A DNA stretch of 64,000 nt from Candidatus Izemoplasmatales bacterium (GTDB lineage Bacteria; Bacillota_I; Bacilli_A; Izemoplasmatales; Hujiaoplasmataceae), in the NCBI GenBank assembly GCA_050949045.1, contig JBMNEZ010000001.1, positions 416,001-480,000 of the forward strand, written 5' to 3'. Both the position numbers and the translations under genes were made by a program. Positions within the stretch are counted from its first letter, which is position 1. The number at the start of each line of letters is the position of its first letter. The notes beneath the pieces were generated by a model, which was not told the DNA's origin, did not search any database, and saw only the letters and a program-made list of their open reading frames with translations. This document shows positions 32,322-44,624 of the stretch, piece after piece.

Positions 32322-33521
32322 ATGGCGGTCATCGAAATCCCCGAATTATTGTTGCCAAAGCCTAATATAGATCTTCACAAATGGGCTTGTATCGCCTGTG
32401 ATCAGTTCACCAGCGAAATCGAGTATTGGAACGCTCTCCAGCAATTAGTGGACAATGTTCCCTCGACTTATCGTTTGATCCTCCCTGAAGCCTATCTCGA
32501 AATGCCTTTCGAGACAAGGATCAAGGCGATCAATGAGAACATGGACCTCTATCTCCGTTCGAATATCTTCACCGGTTTGAAGGGCATCGTCCTTGTCGAC
32601 AGGAAGACCCCGATGAATCCGCAGAGGACGGGACTGATGGTGTTGATCGACCTCGATAGTTACGAATACATTGAAGGCCGCCGGGGCAAGATCATCGCTT
32701 CGGAAAAAACCGTTCCGGAACGGATTCCTCCCCGAGTCAAGATCCGTGAAAACGCAAAACTGGAGCTTCCGCATGTCCTCGTTTTGATCGATGATAAAGA
32801 AGGCATCATCAACGAAATCCACAGGAAACGCAATAATTACTCGATCATTTACGACTTCGAACTGAATATGAACGGCGGTCATGTGACCGGCTATCATATC
32901 AAAGACTGCGAGCAACTAATCAGCCGCCTGTCGGACGCCGTTTTAAAGACACCCCTCATCGTCGGCGACGGCAACCACTCGGTTGCGGCCGCCAAGGTCT
33001 GCTGGGAGAAAATCAAAGAGACATTGAGTCCGGAAGAACAGGCTCTGCATCCCGCCCGCTATACCCTTGTCGAGTTGATCTCGATCTATGATAAAGGCCT
33101 TGCCTTTGAGCCGATTCACCGCATCATTTATGATGCCGAGGATGATTTCGTCGATGAAATGAACCGAGTCAGCTACGGTTCGGGAGCGTTGAAAATCATT
33201 CACGGAAAAAATGAGGAATTCATTCCTGCGCCCGACAGCCCCTTTGAAACGATCAAGTGGGTCCAAAAATTCCTTGATGATTATCTCGAAAATCATCCCG
33301 AGACGACTATCGACTATGTCCACGGGATGACGAGTCTCAAATCGATAATCAAGCAAAAGAAGAATGCCGTCGGCATCGTCATGCCGCCGCTTGCGCGAGA
33401 CCAGCTTTTCCCCTATGTCATGAATCAAGGAGTCCTGCCGCGCAAAGCCTTCTCCTTGGGAGAAGCCATTGAAAAACGCTATTATCTGGAAGCCAGAATC
33501 ATCACAAATGAGAGGAGATAA
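32322..33521 (+). CDS. DUF1015 family protein
   Basis: 'WACIACDQFTS','SEKTV..RIPPR','GDGNHS','FEPIHR','LPRKAFS'; start re-called at ATG 32322. Confidence 0.8.
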   Translation: MAVIEIPELLLPKPNIDLHKWACIACDQFTSEIEYWNALQQLVDNVPSTYRLILPEAYLEMPFETRIKAINENMDLYLRSNIFTGLKGIVLVDRKTPMNPQRTGLMVLIDLDSYEYIEGRRGKIIASEKTVPERIPPRVKIRENAKLELPHVLVLIDDKEGIINEIHRKRNNYSIIYDFELNMNGGHVTGYHIKDCEQLISRLSDAVLKTPLIVGDGNHSVAAAKVCWEKIKETLSPEEQALHPARYTLVELISIYDKGLAFEPIHRIIYDAEDDFVDEMNRVSYGSGALKIIHGKNEEFIPAPDSPFETIKWVQKFLDDYLENHPETTIDYVHGMTSLKSIIKQKKNAVGIVMPPLARDQLFPYVMNQGVLPRKAFSLGEAIEKRYYLEARIITNERR

Positions 33522-33524
33522 ACA

Positions 33525-34607
33525 ATGAAACGCGTCTTCAACTTCTCCGCCGGACCGGCGGTGCTCCCGGAGCCTGTTTTGGAAAAAGCGGCTGCCGAGA
33601 TGCTGAACTACAACAATACCGGAATGTCCGTAATGGAAATGAGCCATCGCTCGAAAGCTTTTGAGGCAATCATCCTCGAGGCCGAAAGCAATCTCAAGAA
33701 ACTGATGAGCATCCCCGATAATTACAGGGTTTTGTTCTTACAAGGCGGAGCCCACCTTCAATTCTCGATGGTCCCCTTGAACCTGATGAGAAACAAGGTC
33801 GCCGATTTTATTATTACCGGTGTCTGGGCCAAACGCGCTTTCGCCGAAGCAAAACGCTACGGCGATGCCCGCAAGATCGCCTCGAGCGAGGACAAAATGT
33901 TCTCCTACATTCCCGACTGCTCCGATCTTTTGATTTCCGAGGACGCCGATTATGTTTATATCTGTGAGAACAACACGATCTACGGGACTAAATTCCACAC
34001 CTTGCCCAACACCAAGGGCAAAGACCTCGTCTGCGACATGTCTTCTTGCATCCTGTCAGAACCCGTCGATGTTTCCAAATATGCCTTGATCTTCGCCGGC
34101 GCCCAGAAGAACATCGGTCCCGCGGGGACGGTCGTCATCATCATCCGCGAGGATTTGATCACCGAAAACTTCCTTCCGTTCACGCCGATGATGCTGCAAT
34201 ACAAGATCCACGCGGATAACGGTTCGATGTACAATACGCCGCCGACCTATGGCATCTACATCTGCGGACTCGTTTTCCAGTGGCTTCTTGATCTTGGTGG
34301 CTTAGAGAAAATGAAAACTCTCAACGAGGAAAAAGCCAAATTGCTCTATGATTTTCTCGATGGTTCGACTTTGTTCAAGGGCTCGGTCGAAAAGAAAGAC
34401 CGCTCTTTGATGAATGTCACTTTCGGCACCGGCAAGCCCGAACTTGACGAACTCTTCGTCAAGGAAGCCAAGGCTCAAGGCTTCGACAATCTGAAAGGCC
34501 ACCGCAGTGTCGGGGCGATGCGCGCTTCGATCTACAACGCGATGCCGAAGGCAGGCGTCGAGGCGCTTGTCGGGTTTATGCGGAATTTTGAGAAGGTGCA
34601 CGGATGA
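33525..34607 (+). CDS. serC: Phosphoserine aminotransferase
   Basis: 'NFSAGPAVLP','EMSHRS','AGAQKNIGPAG','NTPP','GHRSVGAMRASIYN'. Confidence 0.96.
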   Translation: MKRVFNFSAGPAVLPEPVLEKAAAEMLNYNNTGMSVMEMSHRSKAFEAIILEAESNLKKLMSIPDNYRVLFLQGGAHLQFSMVPLNLMRNKVADFIITGVWAKRAFAEAKRYGDARKIASSEDKMFSYIPDCSDLLISEDADYVYICENNTIYGTKFHTLPNTKGKDLVCDMSSCILSEPVDVSKYALIFAGAQKNIGPAGTVVIIIREDLITENFLPFTPMMLQYKIHADNGSMYNTPPTYGIYICGLVFQWLLDLGGLEKMKTLNEEKAKLLYDFLDGSTLFKGSVEKKDRSLMNVTFGTGKPELDELFVKEAKAQGFDNLKGHRSVGAMRASIYNAMPKAGVEALVGFMRNFEKVHG

Positions 34608-35758
34608 TGAAAGTAGCCTGCCTGAATAAGATATCCCCTCTTGGAACCAAGAGACTACCCAACAATTACGAGATCATCGAAGATCCGAATAATGCCGAAC
34701 TGATTCTGGTCCGCAGCGCCAACATGCACGAATTTCCGATCCCCCGAGGATTGCTCGCTGTCGCCAGGGCCGGAGCCGGTGTCAACAACATCCCGCTCGA
34801 CAAGATGGCCGAGGCGGGTGTCGTCGTCTTCAATACTCCCGGTGCGAACGCCAACGGGGTCAAGGAACTTGTCCTCGCGGGCTTATTGCTTTCGGCCAGG
34901 GATGTTGTCGGCGGCATCAACTGGGTCAAGGACAACAAAGCCGACCCCGACATTAACAAGACCGTAGAAAAGGCGAAAGCCGCCTTTGGCGGCACCGAGA
35001 TTTTCGGCAAGACGATCGGCGTCATCGGCCTTGGCGCCGTCGGCGCCAAAGTCGCCGAGGCGGCGGTGGGTCTCGGCATGAAGGTCATCGGTTACGATCC
35101 CTATCTAGCTCCGGAGTCGCAAGCTAAGTTGCCACAAGACATCAAGATCGAAACCCGGCTTGACGATGTCTATGCCGAAAGCGACTATCTGACGCTGCAC
35201 TTGCCTTTGCTTGACTCGACCAGACATTTGATCGATGCCAAGGTTTTCCAAAAGGTAAAACCCGGAGTGGTCCTTTTGAACTATAGTCGCGACCAGCTCG
35301 TCGATGACAACGCTTTGGAAGAAGCCTTGAAATTAGGCATCGTCAAGAAGTATGTGACCGACTTTCCAAACCATAAGACCGCGAATATGGCCGGTGTGAT
35401 CGCCATTCCCCATCTCGGGGCTTCCACCGAGGAATCCGAAGACAACTGTGCGATGATGGCCGTCGACCAATTGGTCAACTTTGTTGAAGAAGGTTCGATC
35501 AAGAACGCTGTCAACTACCCGAATATCTGTGCCGGCAAACCGAGCGTCGTCAGCCGCGTGCTGATTTTAAGACGCGCCGATGACGGTTTCCTTGCCAAAC
35601 TGGATAAGGCACTTTCAGGAAAGGTTGAAGTCAAAAACATCGCCGACAAGACCAACCAACAATATGCTGTAACCGTCGTTGATTTCGCCTTGAAGTTCTC
35701 CAATACTGATTTGATTGATCAGCTTGATGGTGTCATCAGAACGCGGATTGTTAAATAA
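34604..35758 (+). CDS. serA: D-3-phosphoglycerate dehydrogenase
   Basis: 'RAGAGVNNIP','GVIGLGAVG','PHLGASTEES'; follows serC. Confidence 0.9.
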   Translation: MMKVACLNKISPLGTKRLPNNYEIIEDPNNAELILVRSANMHEFPIPRGLLAVARAGAGVNNIPLDKMAEAGVVVFNTPGANANGVKELVLAGLLLSARDVVGGINWVKDNKADPDINKTVEKAKAAFGGTEIFGKTIGVIGLGAVGAKVAEAAVGLGMKVIGYDPYLAPESQAKLPQDIKIETRLDDVYAESDYLTLHLPLLDSTRHLIDAKVFQKVKPGVVLLNYSRDQLVDDNALEEALKLGIVKKYVTDFPNHKTANMAGVIAIPHLGASTEESEDNCAMMAVDQLVNFVEEGSIKNAVNYPNICAGKPSVVSRVLILRRADDGFLAKLDKALSGKVEVKNIADKTNQQYAVTVVDFALKFSNTDLIDQLDGVIRTRIVK

Positions 35759-35921
35759 AATCGATAAGGCCGGACGATCCTTAAAAGGAGAGGCCGGCTT
35801 TTTCATTTTAATCGCATATTTGATAATTGTCAGTCTTTTGTCAAGGCAAATGTGATATGATGATTAATGGTGACATCAATATTACCGTTTCTCAAATATT
35901 ATTTGATCGTGAGGTGACCGG

Positions 35922-37664
35922 ATGGAGATTCTAACTTTAAAAGGCAGAGATTTGTATCTCGCTTTTATTGCCGGCGCCCGCAAACTGATCTGCAAAAAAG
36001 ATCATTTGAACAAGATTAATGTCTTTCCCGTTCCCGATGGGGACACCGGGACCAACATGTCATATTTGATGCAGACGATCATCAACGAGGCGAAGCCCTC
36101 CGATGATCTTTCGGTGACAATGGATTCGATCGCCAATGCCGCGATCACCGGTTCAAGGGGCAACTCCGGGATCATCATCTCCGAGTATTTCAGCGGCCTC
36201 GCCGAAAAACTCAAAGGCAAGGCAGCCGCCGGGCTCGCCGATTTCAAGGAAGCGATCGCCCATGCCGTAAACAAAGCCTACCGTGCGCTCATCAATCCGG
36301 TCGAGGGGACAATTTTGACCGTGCTCAGGAAAGCTTTCGACATCCTCGACCATCAAGACAGCTTCAACTCCTATTTCAAGACCTCGCTCGCCAATGCGAA
36401 GATCGCCCTGGAAGAAACGACCAAAGAGCTTGAAGTCTTGAAAAAGAACAATGTCGTCGATGCCGGAGCTGAAGGTTTCACCGCTTTTTTGGAGGGCATC
36501 AACTACTATCTCGAGACCGGTGACTCCCAAGTCCCGACCGCGCAGGCAGAGGTTGAGCCCTTCCTTGATGTCCACGACATGGTCGTTACCGAAAGATACT
36601 GCACCGAAGCGCTTCTAATCAATGTCAACCGCACTGCGGAAGATCTCCGCAGTCTGTTCAAGGATGACGGCTCGAGCCTGATTGTTTCCGGAAAGCATGA
36701 GAAGATGCGGATCCATATCCATACCGATCATCCGGACCGCTTTTTCCTCAAACTCCGGAATTACGGTCAGATTCTCGACCAAAAGGTCGATGACATGATC
36801 CGCCAACAGCGCTCTCTGAGGCCGGACCGGCCGAGGATCGCGCTCGTGACCGATACGATTGCGGACATCCCTTCGGAGTTGCTCGACCAATACAATATTC
36901 ACCAGTTGCCGATGAATTTGATGGTCGATGATGTTTCTTACATCGACCGCTTCTCGATCTCGGCCACGACTTTCTATGAACTCCTCAAGAAGGCGAATTC
37001 GTTTTCTTCGACGCAACCCGACAAACGCACGATCGAACGCACCTTCGATTTTCTCAGTGATCACTATGACCAGATTCTCGTGATCACGGTTTCAAGCAAG
37101 ATGAGCTCCACCTACAACACCTTGGTCCAATATCAGAAAACAAACCCCAAGCTGACTGTTTTCGATTCGCGCCAAAATTCCGGGAGCGAGGGGCTGATCG
37201 TCCTCGCCGCCGCACGGCTGATCGAAGCGGGAAAACCATTGGATCTGGTTGTAGAAGAACTGAGTAACATCGCGAAGCGGACCAAGATCTATGTCTCTGT
37301 CAAAACCCTCAAATACATGGTCAAGCAGGGGCGGGTGTCCAAAGTTACCGGATTGTTGGCGAAGATCATGAATTTGAAGCCGGTCGTCTCGATCGACAGC
37401 GAGGGCAAGGGGATCATCAAAGAGAAAGCGCTCAGTCTCAGAAGAAATCAGAAACAGATCGTCAAACTGCTTCAGAAACGTCCGCTTGAAGAGTATGTCA
37501 TCGTTCATGCTCTAGAGCCGGAACGGGCTCAGAAACTGGCTCAAAGAATCGAGAAAGCGACCGGCAAGAAAGCTTCCTATATCACGGAGATCTCGCCGAT
37601 CGTCGCCATGAACGCAGGCATCGGCGCCGTCGCCGCCGCTTGTATCTATCAAGAAGAGATCTAA
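35922..37664 (+). CDS. DAK2 (FakA-like)-DegV (FakB-like) fusion, fatty acid kinase-related
   Basis: 'INVFPVPDGDTGTNM','RGNSG','VVDAGA','HIHTD' then DegV 'SSKMSSTY','DS','GRV'. Confidence 0.85.
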   Translation: MEILTLKGRDLYLAFIAGARKLICKKDHLNKINVFPVPDGDTGTNMSYLMQTIINEAKPSDDLSVTMDSIANAAITGSRGNSGIIISEYFSGLAEKLKGKAAAGLADFKEAIAHAVNKAYRALINPVEGTILTVLRKAFDILDHQDSFNSYFKTSLANAKIALEETTKELEVLKKNNVVDAGAEGFTAFLEGINYYLETGDSQVPTAQAEVEPFLDVHDMVVTERYCTEALLINVNRTAEDLRSLFKDDGSSLIVSGKHEKMRIHIHTDHPDRFFLKLRNYGQILDQKVDDMIRQQRSLRPDRPRIALVTDTIADIPSELLDQYNIHQLPMNLMVDDVSYIDRFSISATTFYELLKKANSFSSTQPDKRTIERTFDFLSDHYDQILVITVSSKMSSTYNTLVQYQKTNPKLTVFDSRQNSGSEGLIVLAAARLIEAGKPLDLVVEELSNIAKRTKIYVSVKTLKYMVKQGRVSKVTGLLAKIMNLKPVVSIDSEGKGIIKEKALSLRRNQKQIVKLLQKRPLEEYVIVHALEPERAQKLAQRIEKATGKKASYITEISPIVAMNAGIGAVAAACIYQEEI

Positions 37665-37777
37665 CCACAGACAGGCTGACACCTGTCTTTTCTTTGTCTA
37701 ACAATCGTGAAACTGATTTAAATAAACCATGGTATAATCATTAATAGGAGAAAGATGAGCGTATTGAGGAGAATTTT

Positions 37778-38656
37778 ATGGTTATAAGATTACACCCTTT
37801 GTTTGCCCCGAAGCTTTGGGGTGGGAATCGAATCCGGGCGATTTACGGCGATCACGTCAGCTCAAAAATCGGTGAATGTTGGGGTCTGTCCGCCCACAAG
37901 TCGGCGAGCAATCTAGTCGCCAATGGTCCTTATGTGGGAACCACTCTTAGGGAACTCTACCAGAAAGAACGCCCGCTTTTTGGAAATTACCCCGCGCCCG
38001 AATTTCCGATTTTGATGAAGTTGATCGACGCCGCCGATGATTTAAGCATCCAGGTCCATCCCAACGAAGCTTACGCGCAAAAATTGGAGCATCAGCACGG
38101 CAAGGATGAGTGCTGGTATGTTCTCGACGCCGCCGGCGATGCTTCGATCATCATCGGGCATAACGCCTCAAGCCCCGAGGAATTTTTAAGGTTTGTAGAA
38201 AACGGCGATTACGAAGGCTTGATGCAAAGGCATCCGGTGAAACCGGGAGACTATTTCTATATCCCCGCCGGAACCGTCCATGCCATCTGTAAAGACACGC
38301 TTTTGTTTGAAGTCTCGCAATCGAGCGATCTTACCTACAGGCTCTACGACTACGACCGTCTCAATGATGGGCATCCGCGGGAGTTGCATCTTGAAAAAGC
38401 GCTTGCGGTCATCGACTACCAGAATAAGGAGCTCATCAGAACCCATCAAGCTCGGTTTTTCAAGTTTCAACTCATGGATAATAACGGGCAACGAGGCGTA
38501 ACGGCCGACCGTTACGGCGATTATCTCCATGTTTTGTCTGGCTCTGGAACTATCGATGGTGAAACGCTTAAAGCCGGCGACTTTCTAATGGTCCCGGCGC
38601 TTGAAAAATACGCATTGCAAGGCTCATTCAAGTATGTCTTGGTCAATCTGATGTGA
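37778..38656 (+). CDS. manA: Mannose-6-phosphate isomerase, class I
   Basis: 'WGG','LSIQVHP','KDECWY','PAGTVHAI','EVSQSSDLTYRLYDY'. Confidence 0.9.
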   Translation: MVIRLHPLFAPKLWGGNRIRAIYGDHVSSKIGECWGLSAHKSASNLVANGPYVGTTLRELYQKERPLFGNYPAPEFPILMKLIDAADDLSIQVHPNEAYAQKLEHQHGKDECWYVLDAAGDASIIIGHNASSPEEFLRFVENGDYEGLMQRHPVKPGDYFYIPAGTVHAICKDTLLFEVSQSSDLTYRLYDYDRLNDGHPRELHLEKALAVIDYQNKELIRTHQARFFKFQLMDNNGQRGVTADRYGDYLHVLSGSGTIDGETLKAGDFLMVPALEKYALQGSFKYVLVNLM

Positions 38657-38796
38657 ATCAGTGAAGCAACTCAAAGGGATCGATTATCAATGCGGCTGTC
38701 GATCCATTTGGACGTTGAAGATTTCCGGTCATTTCTACTTGCATTTTAGTATAAAAAAAGATACAATATAGCAGTGACTGATTGGAGGATTCAAGA

Positions 38797-38946
38797 ATGC
38801 GCGTTCAATTTATATTAAGATGCACCGAATGCAATGAGGAAAATTATAATTATTCCAAAAATAAAAAAACCCATCCTGACCGCATGGAAGTAAAAAAATA
38901 CTGCCCGCGATGCCAGAAGCAGACGCTTCACAAGGAGAAAAAATAA
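38797..38946 (+). CDS. rpmG: 50S ribosomal protein L33 (Zn-binding C+ form)
   Basis: Hand translation [57 protein letters not shown]; below ORF-track cutoff. Confidence 0.95.
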   Translation: MRVQFILRCTECNEENYNYSKNKKTHPDRMEVKKYCPRCQKQTLHKEKK

Positions 38947-39003
38947 CTTCAGCGATGAAGTTTTTTTCTTCTTATAGATTCTTAATCTAGAAAGGCGAGA
39001 CCA

Positions 39004-39639
39004 ATGACAATCAAAGTTTTCAATGACAATACCATTGAACAAAATGCTTATCTCCTCGTAAAAGGCAAGGATGCCATCATCATCGATCCCGGTTTCAATG
39101 GCGAGGCCATCCTTGAAGAGTTGCGGGTCTTGGGAGTGAAATTGACCGATGTTCTCATCACCCACGGACACTTTGATCATATCCGCGATCTCGTTTTGAT
39201 CGGGGAAAACCATAATTTCTCCATCCATATCCATGAGGCCGACGCATCATTTCTAAAAGACGACGAAAAAAACTGCGCGAGATTATTCAACTCGCATTTT
39301 ACCCTGCCACTGACTTTTAAAGTGATCACCCACTGCGACGGCGATGTGATCGAGACCTTGGGGGAAAGGATAACTGTTTTCCATACACCTGGGCATACCG
39401 CCGGCAGCGTCTGTTATCATCTGGGCGAGCGTCTGTATACCGGCGATACCCTGTTTCAAGACGGCATCGGCCGTACCGATCTCTACAGCGGATCCCTGAA
39501 GGCGATCAAGATCTCGCTCGCCCGCATCCGGGATAGTTTTTCCCGGGCAATTGATATTTATCCGGGACACGGTCCCAATGCACCTCTCGGTGACATTTTG
39601 AAGAGAATTCCATATCTGTGGAGACTTCCGGCTAGTTAA
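39004..39639 (+). CDS. MBL-fold metallo-hydrolase (glyoxalase II/YcbL-like)
   Basis: 'THGHFDHI','HTPGHTAG','TGDTLF','PGHG'. Confidence 0.88.
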   Translation: MTIKVFNDNTIEQNAYLLVKGKDAIIIDPGFNGEAILEELRVLGVKLTDVLITHGHFDHIRDLVLIGENHNFSIHIHEADASFLKDDEKNCARLFNSHFTLPLTFKVITHCDGDVIETLGERITVFHTPGHTAGSVCYHLGERLYTGDTLFQDGIGRTDLYSGSLKAIKISLARIRDSFSRAIDIYPGHGPNAPLGDILKRIPYLWRLPAS

Positions 39640-39761
39640 GACTGTAATCACCGATGATTTTTTTGACGGCGAATTGGCGGTGCCTACTGAAAAAGAATAA
39701 TTGTCGACCACATAATAAAGCGGACTGATCCAAAGACCAGCCCGTTTTTTTATTTACTTTC

Positions 39762-40880
39762 TCAGTAGATGATCAGGAGAACTCCGGAAATGATGAGGAT
39801 GTAGACAACGCTGATGAACGTGTAGGTCAACAAGTAGTTTTTGCCTTCCCGAGGGAATTCCCGCAACACGAACTTGAGCGTGATCAAACTGGCAAGCGAG
39901 CCGATGATCGAACCCATCGCGCCCACATTTACTCCTTGGACCAGACTTTGCCAGTATGTTTTCGGAGTGAAAGTCGAAAGCAAGACCGCCGCCGGGACAT
40001 TCGACATGAACTGGCTGAACATCAGCCCACTCAGATATACTTTGAGCGAACTGTCAAGGAACTTGGAACTGAAATCGACGAGCGGTTGCCAGCGGCTGAT
40101 GTTGTAGGTGAAGATAAAGAAACTGATGAACGTCAATAGCAGGTGATAATCGACTTTTTGGAACAAATGGGGATAGAAGGCGGCTGTGATGACGATGGCG
40201 GCGATCAGAGCCCAAAAGGCCGGCAGGACTCTCAGGATGACCAACAGGACGATCAAAAACAAAACGATTTCAATTATGAGTTTGCGATTGTCTAGTTTTG
40301 GTTCGACCAAGACCGGCTTGATGAAGGTATTTGGTAAGAGGAAATAGGTGGTGCCGACGATCAGGATGAAAGCCGTCACGGTGATCGGCCAGGTCGCACC
40401 CATAAACTCACCGAAGCCAAGTCCGTAAAGTTGGTAAAGGTAGATATTCTGCGGATCGCCCATCGGGGTGAGAGAACTGCCCATATTGGCCGCAAATGTC
40501 TGCAAGATCACAATCGTGAGCGAATAGCGTTCCGATTGGGTTTGTTTCATCACAATCAAGGTAAAGGGAACAAGCGTCAGCAACACTGCATCGTTGGTGA
40601 TCCACATTCCGATGAAGAAAGTCGCCATGACGATGATCAGGCCGACATAGCGGATTGTGAAGACCTTGCTCGTGAGCGTGATCGCGATTTTGGTGAAAAG
40701 ATTGGCTTCACCCATCCCGGCGATTGAGAGCATCAGGGAAAACATGATGATGATCACATCAAAGTTGATCGCTTTGACGGTGGACAAGGTCGGTGGGAAG
40801 AAGAATAAGGACAAAAGCGCAAGCGAACTTGCGATCAAAAAGACCTTGTCCCGCCAGAAAAAACCCGCGATCCGCCGCAC
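39762..40880 (-). CDS. ArsB/NhaD/SLC13-superfamily anion permease (YbiR-like)
   Basis: Polytopic membrane protein; 'TNDAV','ANMGSSLTPMGDPQN','SNVPAA','SLASL'. Confidence 0.8.
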   Translation of the reverse strand: MRRIAGFFWRDKVFLIASSLALLSLFFFPPTLSTVKAINFDVIIIMFSLMLSIAGMGEANLFTKIAITLTSKVFTIRYVGLIIVMATFFIGMWITNDAVLLTLVPFTLIVMKQTQSERYSLTIVILQTFAANMGSSLTPMGDPQNIYLYQLYGLGFGEFMGATWPITVTAFILIVGTTYFLLPNTFIKPVLVEPKLDNRKLIIEIVLFLIVLLVILRVLPAFWALIAAIVITAAFYPHLFQKVDYHLLLTFISFFIFTYNISRWQPLVDFSSKFLDSSLKVYLSGLMFSQFMSNVPAAVLLSTFTPKTYWQSLVQGVNVGAMGSIIGSLASLITLKFVLREFPREGKNYLLTYTFISVVYILIISGVLLIIY

Positions 40881-40995
40881 AAGAAACGCCCCCTCGGTAA
40901 CATCGCCTATATTATAGCGTTTTTGATGAAAATAGCAACCGCTAACCTCGCGATACGCCCTGTTTTTAGGATCAGGGAGCGTTAATAAGAATATC

Positions 40996-41069
40996 TTAGC
41001 ACTCTATGCTTGACTTTGCTAATTAGCTCTTGTATAATGGTGTTAGCATTCAAATAGATTGAGTGCTAA
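40996..41069 (+). promoter_or_regulatory. Sigma-A promoter with two CIRCE elements (HrcA operators)
   Basis: TTAGCATTC-N9-GAGTGCTAA at 41043-41069; degenerate TTAGCACTC-N9-CTTTGCTAA at 40996-41022; -35 TTGACT 41010 and -10 TATAAT 41033, 17-bp spacer. Confidence 0.92.
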
Positions 41070-41080
41070 GGGGTGAGGAT

Positions 41081-42094
41081 GTGTTGACCAAAAGACAGGA
41101 AACGATCCTGAAACTCATCGTTGAAGAATATGTGAAGACGGCGGAACCGGTCGGCTCCAAAAGCCTCACCACTTTTCTTGATTTTTCGCCCGCCACGATC
41201 AGAAACGAGATGAGCGACCTTGAACAGCTCGGCTATCTCGAGAAGACTCATACTTCGAGCGGGCGCATCCCTTCGGAGAAGGGCTATCGTCACTATATCG
41301 AACAAATCGGGAAAGATCTCGAAAACGACACGGAAGGTTATTTTGAATTTGAAAAGATCTTCGCAAAACGCGACATTCAGCGCGAGGAGATCATCAAGCA
41401 GGCGATCGACCTTTTAAGCCAGGTCACGAACTGCACGGCGATCGCCCTCGGGCCGAACGCCTACAATTCCCGGGTCAAGAAAGTTCAGATGATCCCGCTC
41501 AAGGAGACCCAGGCCCTGATCCTCGTGATCACCAACTTCGGCTATGTCGAGAATAAGCAGATTACGCTTTCGGAAGATATGGACGTTGAGGAAATGATCA
41601 AGGTCATCGATCTTTTGAATGAGATGCTCGTCGACACACCGATCTCGAAAGTGTCGGAGAAACTGCACTATGAGATTCAGCACAGTCAGATCAAGGAACT
41701 GCTCAAGTACCGTGACACGATCGTCGATTCCTTTATTGAGGCTTTCGCTAAGTTCGCCGAAACCCGTTACTATCTGACCGGGCATTCAAACATGCTCTAC
41801 CAGCCTGAATACAACAGTATCTCAAAACTCCGCGAATTCATCCAGACGATCGAAAACAACGAGATCTTCAAGGTTATCGACACTTCGGTCGACGGAGTCA
41901 GCGTCAAGATCGGCACCGAAAACAAGGTCACAGCGATGCAGGATTGCACCGTCGTCAGTTCGACCTATGACACCGGAGACGGGGAGAAAGGCACGATTTC
42001 AGTCGTCGGCCCTACGAGGATGGATTACCGCAAAGTCATCAAACTGATCCAATATATTGCCAAAAATATTGAAAAGTTATACGAGGAGGAATGA
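41081..42094 (+). CDS. hrcA: Heat-inducible transcription repressor HrcA
   Basis: 'LTKRQETILKLIVEEY..EPVGSK','SPATIRNEM','HTSSGRIPS','VVGPTRMDY'; start re-called at GTG 41081. Confidence 0.96.
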   Translation: MLTKRQETILKLIVEEYVKTAEPVGSKSLTTFLDFSPATIRNEMSDLEQLGYLEKTHTSSGRIPSEKGYRHYIEQIGKDLENDTEGYFEFEKIFAKRDIQREEIIKQAIDLLSQVTNCTAIALGPNAYNSRVKKVQMIPLKETQALILVITNFGYVENKQITLSEDMDVEEMIKVIDLLNEMLVDTPISKVSEKLHYEIQHSQIKELLKYRDTIVDSFIEAFAKFAETRYYLTGHSNMLYQPEYNSISKLREFIQTIENNEIFKVIDTSVDGVSVKIGTENKVTAMQDCTVVSSTYDTGDGEKGTISVVGPTRMDYRKVIKLIQYIAKNIEKLYEEE

Positions 42095-42098
42095 CTTA

Positions 42099-42722
42099 AT
42101 GCCCGATAAGGAAAAAAAGCAGGACAATGTTCCAGTCGCAGAAACTATCCCGGAGACAAAAAAGCCCGAAGAAGGCAAGAAAGAACAGCCTAAGAAAAAG
42201 AAAAAGGACACCGTCGAGGAACAACTGGAATTGATAAAAGAGGAACTGACGGAGATCAAGGACAAGTATCTCCGCACTCTCGCCGAAGCTGAAAATTTGA
42301 AAAAGCGCACTTCCGAGGAATTGAAACGCGAACGGAAATACGCCGGCATGCAGCTCTGCGACAAACTGATCGACCAGCTTGAAGTCTTCGACCAGGCCTT
42401 GAATATCCAAACCGAAGACAAACAGCTCCAAAGTTTCCTTCAAGGTTTCAAAATGATCAAGGACATGCTCTACCAGTCGCTTGAATCAGAAGGCGTGAAA
42501 GCACTTGACACCAAAGTCGGAGCGGAGTTCGATCCCAATTACGAGCACGCATTCGACACCAGATATGAGCCCGATAAGCCGGAACACACGATTCTAGAAA
42601 TCCTGAAAAAGGGTTATCTGTACAAAGATCGGCTCTTGCGGGCGGCACTCGTCATCATCAACATCAAACCCGAGACGATGCAAAAAGACAATAATGAAGA
42701 AATTGGCGACAATGTCGCATGA
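42099..42722 (+). CDS. grpE: Nucleotide exchange factor GrpE
   Basis: 'YLRTLAEAENLKKR','FDPNYEHA','KGYLYKDRLLRAA'; operon position. Confidence 0.93.
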   Translation: MPDKEKKQDNVPVAETIPETKKPEEGKKEQPKKKKKDTVEEQLELIKEELTEIKDKYLRTLAEAENLKKRTSEELKRERKYAGMQLCDKLIDQLEVFDQALNIQTEDKQLQSFLQGFKMIKDMLYQSLESEGVKALDTKVGAEFDPNYEHAFDTRYEPDKPEHTILEILKKGYLYKDRLLRAALVIINIKPETMQKDNNEEIGDNVA

Positions 42723-42744
42723 CACTATAACGAAAAGAGGATGA

Positions 42745-44571
<1,827 letters not shown>

Positions 44572-44579
44572 TTATAACT

Positions 44580-44602
44580 AAAAAGCAGCCAGTCTGCTTT
44601 TT
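44580..44602 (+). terminator. Short intrinsic terminator between dnaK and dnaJ
   Basis: AAAAAGCAG-loop-CTGCTTTTT. Confidence 0.6.
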
Positions 44603-44624
44603 ATCTAGTTGACGAGGTGCACCA

